Assembly: GCA_041662585.1 (NCBI GenBank)
Contig: JBAZSG010000006.1
Coordinates: forward strand, 4,155 to 68,154
Origin: Patescibacteria group bacterium
GTDB taxonomy: Bacteria; Patescibacteriota; Patescibacteriia; UBA1558; GWA2-36-10
DNA length: 64,000 nt
Direction: 5' to 3'
The translations under genes were made by a program, and so were the position numbers. Below are positions 17,764 to 28,497 of the stretch, in pieces (within the stretch, counting starts at the first letter, position 1; every line of letters begins with the position of its first letter). The notes beneath the pieces were generated by a model. It saw nothing but the letters and a program-made list of their open reading frames with translations. It was not told the DNA's origin and did no database searches.

Positions 17764-18966
17764 TTAAAATAATCTAAGATATAGCTCTTTGGTTTTAGCT
17801 AGACTTTGCTTGAGATCAAAATTGCTTACAATGTTTTGATAATTTTTTTCTAGAATATTTGAATTTATTTTATCAATTTCTTTGATAGCCGTGGCTAGAG
17901 ATAGAGGATTGGCTGGAGAGACCAATAGACCAGTTTCTTTATCTTTTATTATTTCAGGTATTCCACCTACTTTGGTGGCTATGACAGGTATTTTGGCGAG
18001 CCCTGCTTCTAAGAGAACATAAGGCAGACCTTCTTTGACAGAAGGGAGTATAAAAGCAGTAAAGGCCTTGAGGTATTTATGGGCAGTATCTTTGGCACCG
18101 AGCAATTTAAAATATTTATCTAGATTATTATCCTTGATTTGTTGTTTTATATTTTCCAGCTCTGGGCCATCTCCTATAAGTACCCATTGATAGTTTTCCA
18201 ATAGAGGAGACTGTTCATCTTGTAAGATTTTGATAGCTTCGACTAGATAGCTATAGCCTTTGGTTTTATAAAAGCTAGCAATAGTACCAAAATATTTTTT
18301 ATTTTTATCTAATCCCAATTTTTCTAGAGCAGTAAAGCGATCATAAAAATTTGTATTATCTATATCAATACCATTGTGTATAGTGATTATTTTATTTTCT
18401 GGAGCTAGTTTATTATCAATAGCACTTTGTCTATCGGCTTCAGATACTGTGATCACAGCATGATTGATGCTAGAAGATATTTTTTCAGAGAATGTATACA
18501 ATTTTTTTTTAAACTTTGATAGTGGCTCATTGAAGACAAAACCATGAGCTGTATAGAGTATTCTAAGTTTTGTATTTGTGATGTTGGCAGAATACATACG
18601 AGCAGCCAAGGCTCCCAACAACCCAACTTTGGAACTATTGAGATGTACCAAATCATATTTTCCAGCATTGTATATTTTAAGAATTTCCATTGTAGCTAGA
18701 TAATCTTTAGAAAAGTCTATATTTCTGATTAGGTATGGTATAGGGAGACTTTTTATGTTTAGCTGTTTTAATTCTTCCAAAAATTTTGAGTCAGTATTTT
18801 TTTCTTCGCCATAGGCCACATGGATTTCATTGTCTTCGCCAAAATATTTGGCCAAAGCTAAGACATACTTTTGAGCTCCACCAAATTTTGTTTGAGTGAT
18901 GATATATAGTATTTTTTTGCCTTTAAGCTCTTTATTTGTATTATCTTTATGGCTAATATTAGTCAT
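17764..18966 (-). CDS. GT4 glycosyltransferase
   Basis: FGGAQKYV, HLNSSKVG, YTAHG, IHNGID, PSVKEGLPYVLLEA, TKVGGIPEII. Confidence 0.92.
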   Translation of the reverse strand: MTNISHKDNTNKELKGKKILYIITQTKFGGAQKYVLALAKYFGEDNEIHVAYGEEKNTDSKFLEELKQLNIKSLPIPYLIRNIDFSKDYLATMEILKIYNAGKYDLVHLNSSKVGLLGALAARMYSANITNTKLRILYTAHGFVFNEPLSKFKKKLYTFSEKISSSINHAVITVSEADRQSAIDNKLAPENKIITIHNGIDIDNTNFYDRFTALEKLGLDKNKKYFGTIASFYKTKGYSYLVEAIKILQDEQSPLLENYQWVLIGDGPELENIKQQIKDNNLDKYFKLLGAKDTAHKYLKAFTAFILPSVKEGLPYVLLEAGLAKIPVIATKVGGIPEIIKDKETGLLVSPANPLSLATAIKEIDKINSNILEKNYQNIVSNFDLKQSLAKTKELYLRLF

Positions 18967-19054
18967 TTCTTTAATTGATTTATTTAATAAATACTGGTAT
19001 AATTTTATAGTATTTACAAAGCTAAAGCAAGCTTTTTATTAGAAAATAGCCAAA

Positions 19055-20167
19055 ATGAGGATAGTAATTGCAACAGGTATATTTATTCCCGAGCTTGGTG
19101 GTCCAGCTACTTACGCCGCTAAGATAGCGGATAGTTTTTTAGCTTTGGGTCATCAAGTCAAGATTGTTAGTTATTCTGATCAGAGTAGTTATGATTTGGA
19201 CAAAAATTTAGCTTATCCAATTTTTAGAGTAAAAAGATCTAATAAATTATTAAATTATCTAAATTATTTTAAAGTCTTGCGACAGGTCGCCAAAGATGCT
19301 GATGTTATATATTCTTTTGATCATTTTAGTGCTGGCATTCCAACGGCTTTGTTGGCTAGTATTTATCAGAAACGTTTTTATATTCGGGTCGGTGGCGATT
19401 TTATTTGGGAAAGATATTTGGATTTAAATAATTCGGCGGTTACTCTAAAAGATTTTTATAAAAACAATTTGCATCTTACGGCCGAGGGAAAAAGGTTTAA
19501 AGTTATTTCCTGGGTGTTTAAAAAATCCACCGGTATTATATTTACTACCAAATTTCAATTGGAAATATTCCAAAAGTATTATAATTTATTATCAGATAAA
19601 CTATTTGTAGTTAATAATCCTATTAGTAAGGGGGCTAAGATATCCAGAGACATTGTTAATAAAGAAATCATCATGACCGGACGCTTTATTCACAAAAATA
19701 ATATTTTAAATTTAATCAAAGCTTTCAAAAATATTTCTGACAAAAGCTATAAATTGATTTTGATAGGAGAAGGAGCTATCCAAAACAAAATGGAAAATTT
19801 AATAAAAGAATTAGCTATAAGTGACCGGGTTTTTATTGAACCAAAGCTTTCCAGAGATGATTTAGCCAAGAGAATGTCTGGAGCTTATCTAGCTATTTGG
19901 CCATCACTGACGGATATTAGCCCCAATTCTATGCTAGAAGCCTTGAGTATCAATGTACCAGTTATCAGCTCTATAGAGATTGGTTTTGATTGGCTCAAAG
20001 ACAAGATAAAAACTTTTGATCCTAGAGAGGTTTCAGAAATTACAGAGGCTATTGATAGCTTATTGGACAAAGACGCTTATTTGGCTTATCAAGAAAAAAT
20101 AAACAAAATTAGCTATGAGTACACTTATGCTCAAGCGGCTAAAGATACTATAGATATTTTAAAATAA
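19055..20167 (+). CDS. GT4 glycosyltransferase
   Basis: IFIPELGGPATY, GRFIHKNN, PSLTDISPNSMLEA. Confidence 0.88.
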   Translation: MRIVIATGIFIPELGGPATYAAKIADSFLALGHQVKIVSYSDQSSYDLDKNLAYPIFRVKRSNKLLNYLNYFKVLRQVAKDADVIYSFDHFSAGIPTALLASIYQKRFYIRVGGDFIWERYLDLNNSAVTLKDFYKNNLHLTAEGKRFKVISWVFKKSTGIIFTTKFQLEIFQKYYNLLSDKLFVVNNPISKGAKISRDIVNKEIIMTGRFIHKNNILNLIKAFKNISDKSYKLILIGEGAIQNKMENLIKELAISDRVFIEPKLSRDDLAKRMSGAYLAIWPSLTDISPNSMLEALSINVPVISSIEIGFDWLKDKIKTFDPREVSEITEAIDSLLDKDAYLAYQEKINKISYEYTYAQAAKDTIDILK

Positions 20168-21324
20168 TGAAAGAATTAAAAGACACTTCAATATTGATGA
20201 TTAGTATGGACATTGGATTATTGGAAGCCAGTGGCTCTGGTGATGTGATAGCTAGACATCAGCAATATGCCAAGCATTTGAAAAAATTGGATATTATTGT
20301 TTTTGGTAAAAGTAATAAAACAGAAAATAAATTGGCAGTCAATTTTCAAGTTTATGGAGTAGGTAAAAATATTTTTTCTTTTTTTAAAGCCAAAAGTTTA
20401 GCTACCAAGCTTTACCAAAAAAATAACTATGATTTGATTGATACTCAAGATCCACATTGGACCGGTCTATTGGGACTAACACTCAAGAAAAAATTTAAGA
20501 CAAAACTGGAGATTCATTTTCATGGAGATTTTTGGCAAAATAATATTTGGTTAAATGAGTCTTGGAAAAACAAGTTTTACAATTTTTTGCAAAGTAAAAT
20601 AGTCCCACAAGTAGATGCTATCAGAGTGGTCAATCCCAGAATAAAAGAAAAATTGATAACTGCTAATATTTATGCCAAAAAGATAAAAGTAATAAATACT
20701 CCAGTTAACGAAGAAGAATTTATTAGAGCTGTAGCAGAAAAAGATATACTAGCCATTAAAAATCAATATAATAAAAAAATTATTTTTTTTGCTGGACGTT
20801 TGGTAGCAGCCAAAAATCTTATATTTCTTTTGGAAGTAGTCAAATTGTTGTATAGAAAAAGAAATGATTTTGTATTACTAGTAGCTGGCAAAGGTGATGA
20901 ACAAGAAAATTTAGTAAATTTTGTAAATAATAACAACTTGGAAGAAGTGGTTTTTTTACTTGGTCCCCAAAAACACCAAGATTTAGTGACTTATTTTAAG
21001 GCTGCTTATATTCATGTTTTGCTCTCTACCAACGAAAGTTTTGGCAAGACTATTATTGAAGCAGGTATGACAGGTTTAGCAACGCTCGCTTCTAAAACAC
21101 TTGGTGCTTCTTTTATTATTAAAGATAATAGCACTGGCTGGCTGGTTGATATAAATGATTTAGATAATACAGTCACAAAACTAAACAATTTGCTTGATAG
21201 TCCAGACGAAGTAATACAAGTAGGTAATAGAGCCAAACAAGACTTTGTAGAACATCATGGTCAAACTAAAACATTTCAAAAAGTAAATGACTTTTGGCAA
21301 GAAATAATAAATGATCAATTATAA
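20167..21324 (+). CDS. GT4 glycosyltransferase
   Basis: FAGRLVAAKN, STNESFGKTIIEA. Confidence 0.88.
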   Translation: MKELKDTSILMISMDIGLLEASGSGDVIARHQQYAKHLKKLDIIVFGKSNKTENKLAVNFQVYGVGKNIFSFFKAKSLATKLYQKNNYDLIDTQDPHWTGLLGLTLKKKFKTKLEIHFHGDFWQNNIWLNESWKNKFYNFLQSKIVPQVDAIRVVNPRIKEKLITANIYAKKIKVINTPVNEEEFIRAVAEKDILAIKNQYNKKIIFFAGRLVAAKNLIFLLEVVKLLYRKRNDFVLLVAGKGDEQENLVNFVNNNNLEEVVFLLGPQKHQDLVTYFKAAYIHVLLSTNESFGKTIIEAGMTGLATLASKTLGASFIIKDNSTGWLVDINDLDNTVTKLNNLLDSPDEVIQVGNRAKQDFVEHHGQTKTFQKVNDFWQEIINDQL

Positions 21325-21326
21325 GT

Positions 21327-22364
21327 ATGAGGTTGCTAATGATTACTAGAAAAGTAGATAGAGATGATGGCCTTGCTGGCTTTACTTACAATTGGATAAA
21401 AAAATTGTCTAGTAAAGTGGACGAGCTCTATGTAATGTGCCTAGAAAAAGGTAACGATAGAGACCTGCCAGACAATGTACATGTATATTCTTTGGGCAAA
21501 GAAAATGGCAAAAATAGATTTAAAGAATTTTTTAGATTTCATTATTTGGCTATCAAATTGGTACCAAAAGTAGATGGTATTTTTGCTCATCAAAATCCAG
21601 AATATGGAATACTTATTTCACCTTGGGCAAAGATTTTTAGGAAAAAATTAATAGCTTGGTATACTCACAAACAAGTTAGCCTAAGATTAAAGATATTAAA
21701 TTTGGTTTCTGATAAGATGGTAACAGCTTCTAAAGAAAGTTTTAGATTAGTTAGTAATAAATTACAAGTATTACATCACGGTATAGATACAGATGTTTTT
21801 TATTTTAAAGACAGAGTAGTTAAAGATACTTTAAATATTTTAAATATTAGTCGTATTTCTGCTACCAAGCGTATTGATAAGATGATTGATATAGTAGCTG
21901 AATTGAAAAAAATATTAGATAAAAAAGTTGTTTTTAAAATAGCTGGCGTACCTACTTTGGAAAAAGATAAATTATTTTTAGAAACTTTAAAAAATAAAGT
22001 AAAAGAATTCAATTTAGAATCAAATGTAGAGTTTTTGGGATCAGTACCCAATCATTTAACACCGGCATTGTATCAAGAAGCTGATTTATTTTTTAATTTT
22101 TCCCAGACAGGTAGTCTTGATAAGACAGGACTTGAAGCTATGAGTTGCGGTTGTTTGGTACTAGCTTCAAACGAGGCTTTTAAGGATATTTTAGAGCCTA
22201 TAAACTCATTATTTTATATAGCTAGTACTGAACAGGCTGTAGAAAATATTAAAAAGATTTTAGCCATTGATAATAATGATTTACGTTTAAAATTGCGCAA
22301 TTATGTCAAAGAAAATCATGATTTGGATAAATTAATTACTAAGATAGTAAAATTGTATGAGTAG
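21327..22364 (+). CDS. GT4 glycosyltransferase
   Basis: HHGIDT, ISRISATKRID, SQTGSLDKTGLEAMSCG. Confidence 0.88.
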   Translation: MRLLMITRKVDRDDGLAGFTYNWIKKLSSKVDELYVMCLEKGNDRDLPDNVHVYSLGKENGKNRFKEFFRFHYLAIKLVPKVDGIFAHQNPEYGILISPWAKIFRKKLIAWYTHKQVSLRLKILNLVSDKMVTASKESFRLVSNKLQVLHHGIDTDVFYFKDRVVKDTLNILNISRISATKRIDKMIDIVAELKKILDKKVVFKIAGVPTLEKDKLFLETLKNKVKEFNLESNVEFLGSVPNHLTPALYQEADLFFNFSQTGSLDKTGLEAMSCGCLVLASNEAFKDILEPINSLFYIASTEQAVENIKKILAIDNNDLRLKLRNYVKENHDLDKLITKIVKLYE

Positions 22365-23004
22365 ACAAGTAGACAAAGAACATTACGATTTCTCTAAATA
22401 TTGTAATACCAGCAGATTCATTAGTTATTGGCATCAACTAGATGAGATTATTAAATTAAATCCGCAAAGTGTTTTGGAAGTAGGAGTTGGTGATAAGGTC
22501 GTGGCTAGTTATTTAAAAAATAATACGGATATTGTCTACACTTCTTTGGACATTGCAGAAGATTTGAAACCAGATATAGTAGGCGATATAGAAAAAATGG
22601 ATTTAGCGGACAACAGCTTTGATATTATTTGTGCTTTTGAGGTATTGGAGCATTTACAATTTGATGATTTTGATAAAACACTTAGAGAATTATCTAGAGT
22701 TTCAAAAAATTATGTAGTGCTTAGTTTGCCACATTGGGGCAGACATTTTTCTATAGAAATAAGATTACCATTTTTGGGTAAAATAAAATGGCAATATAAA
22801 TTTAATTTTTTACCAATTAAACATAAATTTAATGGACAACACTATTGGGAGATTGGTAAAGCAGGATATTCTATAAATAAAATAAGAAGTAAAATCCAAG
22901 AGGCTGGTTTGAATATTGAGAAAGATTATGTCTCTTTTGGATCACCTTATCATCATTTTTTCATTTTAAAGAAAAAAATAAATGTGTGGAATAAATGGAT
23001 TTAA
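22357..23004 (+). CDS. Class I SAM-dependent methyltransferase
   Basis: VLEVGVG, FDIICAFEVLEHL. Confidence 0.88.
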   Translation: MSRQVDKEHYDFSKYCNTSRFISYWHQLDEIIKLNPQSVLEVGVGDKVVASYLKNNTDIVYTSLDIAEDLKPDIVGDIEKMDLADNSFDIICAFEVLEHLQFDDFDKTLRELSRVSKNYVVLSLPHWGRHFSIEIRLPFLGKIKWQYKFNFLPIKHKFNGQHYWEIGKAGYSINKIRSKIQEAGLNIEKDYVSFGSPYHHFFILKKKINVWNKWI

Positions 23005-24829
23005 TTTTAGGGATGAAAATCTGATCAAGCAGATGAACAACAAAATCAAACATCGAGGTCCTGATGATTTGGGTGTTTTTTTGGATGATATTTTTTCTTT
23101 GGGGCATGTTAGATTATCTATTATTGATTTGTCCCAGCGTGGGCATCAGCCTATGTTTAGTAGCGATAAAAATTATATTATTATCTATAATGGTGAGCTG
23201 TACAATTTTGAAAAAATAAAAAAAGATTTAAAATCAAAGGGATTTAAGTTTACTTCAAATACAGATACGGAGGTAATTTTAAATTCTTATATTGCTTATG
23301 GGGAAAAATGTTTAGATAAGTTTAATGGTATATTTTCATTTGCTATCTTCGACAAAAAAAAGAAGAAGCTTTTTGCAGCTCGTGACCATTTTGGAGTGAA
23401 ACCATTTTTTTATTATTTCAAAGATAATAAATTTATTTTTTCATCAGAGATAAAAAGTATTTTAGAACACAATGTTGATAAAAGTTTAGATTTTGATTCT
23501 CTTAATTTATATTTTAGGTTTTTGTATATTGCTGGTCCTAGAACTATTTTTAAAAATATAAAAAAATTACAAGCTAGTCATTATTTGATTTTGCAAAATA
23601 ATAAATTGGAAATTAAAAGGTATTATCGTGTACCACAAGAAAAAAAAGATTTTTCTTTTCCTGAAGCCAAAGAAATCATCAGAACAAATTTTGACAAGGC
23701 CGTGGAAAGACAACTGATATCAGATAGACCATTGGGGCTGTATTTGAGCGGAGGTATTGATTCAACAGCTATATTGGGCTCAATGTCAAAGCTTGTCAAT
23801 CATAAAATAAAGACTTTTACAGTAAAATTTGATACTAAGATAGAAGAAGATAAATTTAATATTGATAGTCAGTTGGCTAAAAAAACTAGCGATTATTATA
23901 AAACAGATCATTATGAATTATTGGTAAAACCAAAAGAAGTAGCAGAAAATTTGGAAAAGGTAATTTATCATATGGATGACTTAGTTTCTAATCATACTCA
24001 AACAGCTACTTATTTATTATCTAAATTAGCCAAAGGACAAGTGGCTGTAGTTTTGGGGGGTGATGGAGGAGATGAAATATTTGGTGGTTATGAAAGGCAC
24101 TATTATTATAATTTGATAGATAAATTTCAAAAAATACCAAAAATAATTAGAGACAATTATATAAACAAATCTTTGTCCAATGCTTTTGGTAGGCAAGATA
24201 TTTATAATAAGTTAAATACAAAAAATGAATTTGATTTATTTTGGCAATTTAGAGCTCAAAAAGAAAAAATGGTAAAAAGATTTTTGAAATCAGATATTAT
24301 CAATTTGGATAATACAAAACAAATTTTAAAAACTCAATATTTTTCTAAAAACTCAAAAAGCTATATGGATTATTTGATGATGGTAGATTTGGATACTTGG
24401 TTGGTAGATGAGTCACTTACTAGATCAGATAAACTCACTATGGCTTTTGGTCTTGAAGAGCGAGTGCCAATTCTTGATAAAGACTTGGTTGAGACAGCTT
24501 TTGCTATACAATCTAGCTATAAGATAAGAAATAAATATCAAGGTAAATATATTTTTAAAGAAGCAGTAAAAGATTATTTACCAGATTATATTTATGACAA
24601 ATCAAAGACAGGTTGGTTTTCTCCAGCGGCCAAGTGGCTTCGTACAGATCTCAAAGATTTGGCTTATCAGACATTAGCCAATGATTATAATCCAGACACT
24701 AGTGAATTTTTTGATTTTGATGAAATCAGAAAAATATTGGACAATCATATAGATAAAAAAGAGTATGCTTTAAATACCATATGGTCATTGATAACTTTTC
24801 AGATTTGGTATAAACTTTTTAAACAATAA
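22982..24829 (+). CDS. asnB: AsnB-family glutamine amidotransferase (probably glycan amidation)
   Basis: MCGING, HRGPD, RLSIID, NGELYN, LSGGIDS, GDGGDE. Confidence 0.92.
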   Translation: MCGINGFNFRDENLIKQMNNKIKHRGPDDLGVFLDDIFSLGHVRLSIIDLSQRGHQPMFSSDKNYIIIYNGELYNFEKIKKDLKSKGFKFTSNTDTEVILNSYIAYGEKCLDKFNGIFSFAIFDKKKKKLFAARDHFGVKPFFYYFKDNKFIFSSEIKSILEHNVDKSLDFDSLNLYFRFLYIAGPRTIFKNIKKLQASHYLILQNNKLEIKRYYRVPQEKKDFSFPEAKEIIRTNFDKAVERQLISDRPLGLYLSGGIDSTAILGSMSKLVNHKIKTFTVKFDTKIEEDKFNIDSQLAKKTSDYYKTDHYELLVKPKEVAENLEKVIYHMDDLVSNHTQTATYLLSKLAKGQVAVVLGGDGGDEIFGGYERHYYYNLIDKFQKIPKIIRDNYINKSLSNAFGRQDIYNKLNTKNEFDLFWQFRAQKEKMVKRFLKSDIINLDNTKQILKTQYFSKNSKSYMDYLMMVDLDTWLVDESLTRSDKLTMAFGLEERVPILDKDLVETAFAIQSSYKIRNKYQGKYIFKEAVKDYLPDYIYDKSKTGWFSPAAKWLRTDLKDLAYQTLANDYNPDTSEFFDFDEIRKILDNHIDKKEYALNTIWSLITFQIWYKLFKQ

Positions 24830-24830
24830 T

Positions 24831-25520
24831 ATGAACTTAGAAACAATAAAAATCAATAAAACATTGATAAAAGATATATTTATAGAATCTTGGCGAGGCA
24901 AGACTATTGATAGAATTTTTTTAAATTCTTCTTTGCGTAGTATTGAATTGAGTGGTGATATTTTAGACTTGGGCTCTGGATCCAAAAAAAACAGCTATCA
25001 TCGTTTTATAAAATACAAAAAACCATACACTATAAAATTTACAGACTTATACAAAAATACAGATGATCCAGACATTATAAAGCTTGATTTGGAAACAAGC
25101 TTTACTATTGCAGATGCTAGTTTTGAGGCTATTACTTGTTTTAATGTTTTAGAACATATTTATAATCATCAAAGTCTAGTCAATGAATCATCTAGAGTTT
25201 TGAAAAATAATGGATTATTTGTTGGTAGTGTTCCATTTTTGGTAAATTATCACGGAGATCCAAATGATTATTGGCGTTATACTTGGCAATCTTTAGAAAA
25301 TATTTTTGTTAAAGCTAATATGTCTTCAGAAAAAATAATAGTTTTAGCCACAGGACCATTGATGGCCAGTTTTTTACAAATAGAATTTATGATACCAAAA
25401 TTTATAAAACCATTTTTTATTTTATGGGACTTATATTTAGATAGTATACTAGTAAAATGGAAGAAATTTTTAAAACATAAACATGTTTTGGGGTATTTAT
25501 TTGTTTTTAAAAAGAATTAA
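24831..25520 (+). CDS. Class I SAM-dependent methyltransferase
   Basis: ILDLGSG, NVLEHI, HGDPNDYWRYT. Confidence 0.87.
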   Translation: MNLETIKINKTLIKDIFIESWRGKTIDRIFLNSSLRSIELSGDILDLGSGSKKNSYHRFIKYKKPYTIKFTDLYKNTDDPDIIKLDLETSFTIADASFEAITCFNVLEHIYNHQSLVNESSRVLKNNGLFVGSVPFLVNYHGDPNDYWRYTWQSLENIFVKANMSSEKIIVLATGPLMASFLQIEFMIPKFIKPFFILWDLYLDSILVKWKKFLKHKHVLGYLFVFKKN

Positions 25521-25523
25521 TTT

Positions 25524-26615
25524 ATGAAATTATATTATATAATTTATGAGGATTTTATAAAGGAAAGAGCTAGTAATGTACAAATATCTAACACTACTAA
25601 TTTTCTAAATAGCCCTGGTATTGATGTAAATTTAATCTTTCCTTATAAGTTTGAAATGCCTGATAGATATAAAATAAAATCTAATATTATTTTCTTGTTT
25701 AATAAAACTTTTTCTAAGTTTAATAAATTAAATATTTTAAAATTTAGTTTAAAATTATTTTCTTATTTAAGAAAAGTTGATTCTGATTCAATTGTTTATT
25801 TTAGGCATGTTGTTTTATTACCGGTTATTTTGTTAGTTAAACTATTTTTACCAAAATTAAAAATAGTTTATGAAATACACAGAGAGGTTAATGATAGTTT
25901 TGGTAAATATTGTGAAAAAAAATTGATAAAAAAAGGAATTAAATTAATTACTATTTCTGATTCTTTGAAACAATCTTATCAGCAACAATATGGAGTTAAA
26001 GAAAATAAAATTCAAGTAGTGCATGATGCAGTAGATTTAGAAACTTTTGATATAAATATTAATCAGTTTGAAGCTAGAAAAAAGGCTCATGTAGAGGAAA
26101 AGGCAACTGTTATGTATATTGGTAGTTTATGGACTGTAAAAGGTGTTGATATTTTGTTAGGAGCAGCTAAAAAGTTGCCAGAGTACAATTTTTATTTTGT
26201 TGGCAAAGAACATGCTGATTTTGTTGATTTGAGAAAAGAGTTTGAGAATTTGTCTAATGTTTTTATAAAAGGAATGGTACCTCATCAAGAAGTGCCAGTT
26301 TTGCAAAAAGCTGCTGATTTATTGGTTATTCCTCATCCTAAAAATAATTTATCTCAATCGCCAATGAAACTATTTGAGTATTTGGCTAGTAATACACCAA
26401 TTCTTTCTGTTGATTTAGATAATATTAGAGAAATTTTGCCAGGTAACAGTTTATTTTTTGAACCAGAAAATCTTGATGATGTAGTGGTTAAGATTAAAGA
26501 TTACTTTACTCATCAGGCAGATTATATAAATAAAGCTAAGAATAATATAGAAATTGCTAGAAAATATTCTTGGCAGAATAGATCTAAATTAATTAAAGAT
26601 TTTATAAATAATTAA
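25524..26615 (+). CDS. GT4 glycosyltransferase
   Basis: HDAVD, YIGSL..KGVD, SPMKLFEYLAS, YSW..R. Confidence 0.88.
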   Translation: MKLYYIIYEDFIKERASNVQISNTTNFLNSPGIDVNLIFPYKFEMPDRYKIKSNIIFLFNKTFSKFNKLNILKFSLKLFSYLRKVDSDSIVYFRHVVLLPVILLVKLFLPKLKIVYEIHREVNDSFGKYCEKKLIKKGIKLITISDSLKQSYQQQYGVKENKIQVVHDAVDLETFDININQFEARKKAHVEEKATVMYIGSLWTVKGVDILLGAAKKLPEYNFYFVGKEHADFVDLRKEFENLSNVFIKGMVPHQEVPVLQKAADLLVIPHPKNNLSQSPMKLFEYLASNTPILSVDLDNIREILPGNSLFFEPENLDDVVVKIKDYFTHQADYINKAKNNIEIARKYSWQNRSKLIKDFINN

Positions 26616-26616
26616 T

Positions 26617-27645
26617 ATGAAGTTTGTTTGCCCTAAAGATCATAATAGTTTGATTAAAGATGATACAAAGTATTATTGTGAAAAATGTAATACGAATTAT
26701 CCAATTATTAATAATATTCCTAGATTTACGGAGGTTAATTTTTATTGGGGAGAAATTCCAGAGTCCAATATGGACAAAATGTTGACTATTATAAAAGACA
26801 AGGGTTATCACGCTGGATTAGACTATTTAGAAGAAAATTTTCCAGGTCGTTCTAAATTTGTCTTTAATATTAGTAGGTCTGATTGGCATTTTGCTGTAGA
26901 TATTAAACCAGGTATGAAAATTTTAGATTTAGGTTGCGGTTGGGGCACCCATTCTTTTCCTTTGGCTGATTTGGGGGCTGAAGTTTATGCTGTAGATATT
27001 ACTAAACAGCGAGTAGAATTTGTAGAAGCTAGAAAAAAAATTGAAAATAAAGAAAACATTTATCCTTTGGTTGGTAATGTAATGGAACTACCTTTTGAGA
27101 ATGAAAGTTTTGATTTAATTATTAGTAATGGAGTATTAGAATGGGTTGGCTTGCAAGAACAGTATGGTAAGCCACGAGAAGTACAGGAAAAATTTTTAAA
27201 ATTGATGCGAGGATTATTAAAAAAAGATGGAATTTTGTATGTTGGTATTGAAAATAGATTTGCTCTATCTTATTTTGCAAAAGGTATTGATCATTCAGGA
27301 CTTCGTTATACTAGTTTGATGCCTCGTTTTTTAGCTAATACATATACTCAAAGTAAATTAAAAAAACCTTATTTAACCTATACCTATACTTATAATGGTT
27401 ATAAAAAATTATTTAATAAAATTGGTTTTAATAAAATAGATACATATATTCCTTTTTCAGGATATAATAATCCAAATTCTCTTGTACCATATAAGTCATC
27501 AGAGGCTTTACAATTTTTTATGTTAACTAGAGGTAAATTTAATAATATAAAATTAAAATTATTAAAATATATTTTGTTTAATAGATTATTTTTAAAGTTG
27601 TATAGATTTTTTAGTTTTAGTTTTGATTTTTATTTAAAAAAATAG
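26617..27645 (+). CDS. SAM methyltransferase with N-terminal Trm112-like zinc knuckle
   Basis: CPKD..CEKC..YPIINNIP; ILDLGCGWG; FDLIISNGVLEW. Confidence 0.85.
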   Translation: MKFVCPKDHNSLIKDDTKYYCEKCNTNYPIINNIPRFTEVNFYWGEIPESNMDKMLTIIKDKGYHAGLDYLEENFPGRSKFVFNISRSDWHFAVDIKPGMKILDLGCGWGTHSFPLADLGAEVYAVDITKQRVEFVEARKKIENKENIYPLVGNVMELPFENESFDLIISNGVLEWVGLQEQYGKPREVQEKFLKLMRGLLKKDGILYVGIENRFALSYFAKGIDHSGLRYTSLMPRFLANTYTQSKLKKPYLTYTYTYNGYKKLFNKIGFNKIDTYIPFSGYNNPNSLVPYKSSEALQFFMLTRGKFNNIKLKLLKYILFNRLFLKLYRFFSFSFDFYLKK

Positions 27646-27647
27646 AT

Positions 27648-28493
27648 ATGATTAATTTTTTAAAAACTTATTTAGTAGATAACTATTTTGATGGTTTAAG
27701 GCAAGATGATATTAATATTGTTAAAACACAAAATGGTACTGGGCATCTTAATAAAAAAATAGTTTTTTATGTTTTTGATAAAAATAATAAAAAACCAGCA
27801 CTTGTTGTTTATGCTGCTCGTAATAAGAAAGTAAATGATGTTCTAAAAAATTCAATAAATAGTAATAAAAAACAAGATGATTTAGCTCCAAAAATTTTAT
27901 TTGAGGATTATTACAATAATATATATTTTGTAGGAATTGAATTCATTCAAGGTCAAAAATTAAATCTAAACAATAAAGATGATATTAATTTAGTCTTTGA
28001 TTATATTATTAGACAATATAAAGACAATAAAAATAATGAGATTAAGAGACTGGATGTTTTTTATCAAGACATTAAAAATAAATTTTTTAAAATAGATATT
28101 GACATTAATAATTTAATTGAAGACAAGTTTAGTTCTTTTAAAGATGTAAAATTACCAGTCATAAAACAACACGGAGATCTTCAGGACAATAATATATTTA
28201 TAGTAAATGGAAAGTTGAAAATAATAGATTGGGATGATTATGGTTTTTGCGATTTTCCTTTATTTGATTTTTTTACTATTTATATAAAATATAAAAGAAA
28301 AATAGCCAAAGATAATTTTATAGAAAATAAGTTGAATGATTTTTATAAACTTAAAAATTTTGAAAAAATTAATACAGAAATATATATAATATTTTATTAT
28401 TTATATGATTTTTTACGAAAAGATAAACTGCACAATAAATATGAGCGTAAAAAACATTATTTAGAATTAGAGAAAAATATAAAAAAGATTTAA
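27648..28493 (+). CDS. APH/choline-kinase-like phosphotransferase
   Basis: QHGDLQDNNI and IIDWD catalytic motifs. Confidence 0.75.
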   Translation: MINFLKTYLVDNYFDGLRQDDINIVKTQNGTGHLNKKIVFYVFDKNNKKPALVVYAARNKKVNDVLKNSINSNKKQDDLAPKILFEDYYNNIYFVGIEFIQGQKLNLNNKDDINLVFDYIIRQYKDNKNNEIKRLDVFYQDIKNKFFKIDIDINNLIEDKFSSFKDVKLPVIKQHGDLQDNNIFIVNGKLKIIDWDDYGFCDFPLFDFFTIYIKYKRKIAKDNFIENKLNDFYKLKNFEKINTEIYIIFYYLYDFLRKDKLHNKYERKKHYLELEKNIKKI

Positions 28494-28497
28494 ATAT

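Noticed and set aside
22982-24829. asnB plus methyltransferases/kinase as a lasso-peptide or other RiPP cluster
   Set aside because: Full glutaminase domain present, no precursor, B protein or RRE seen, and the context is glycosyltransferases and a flippase
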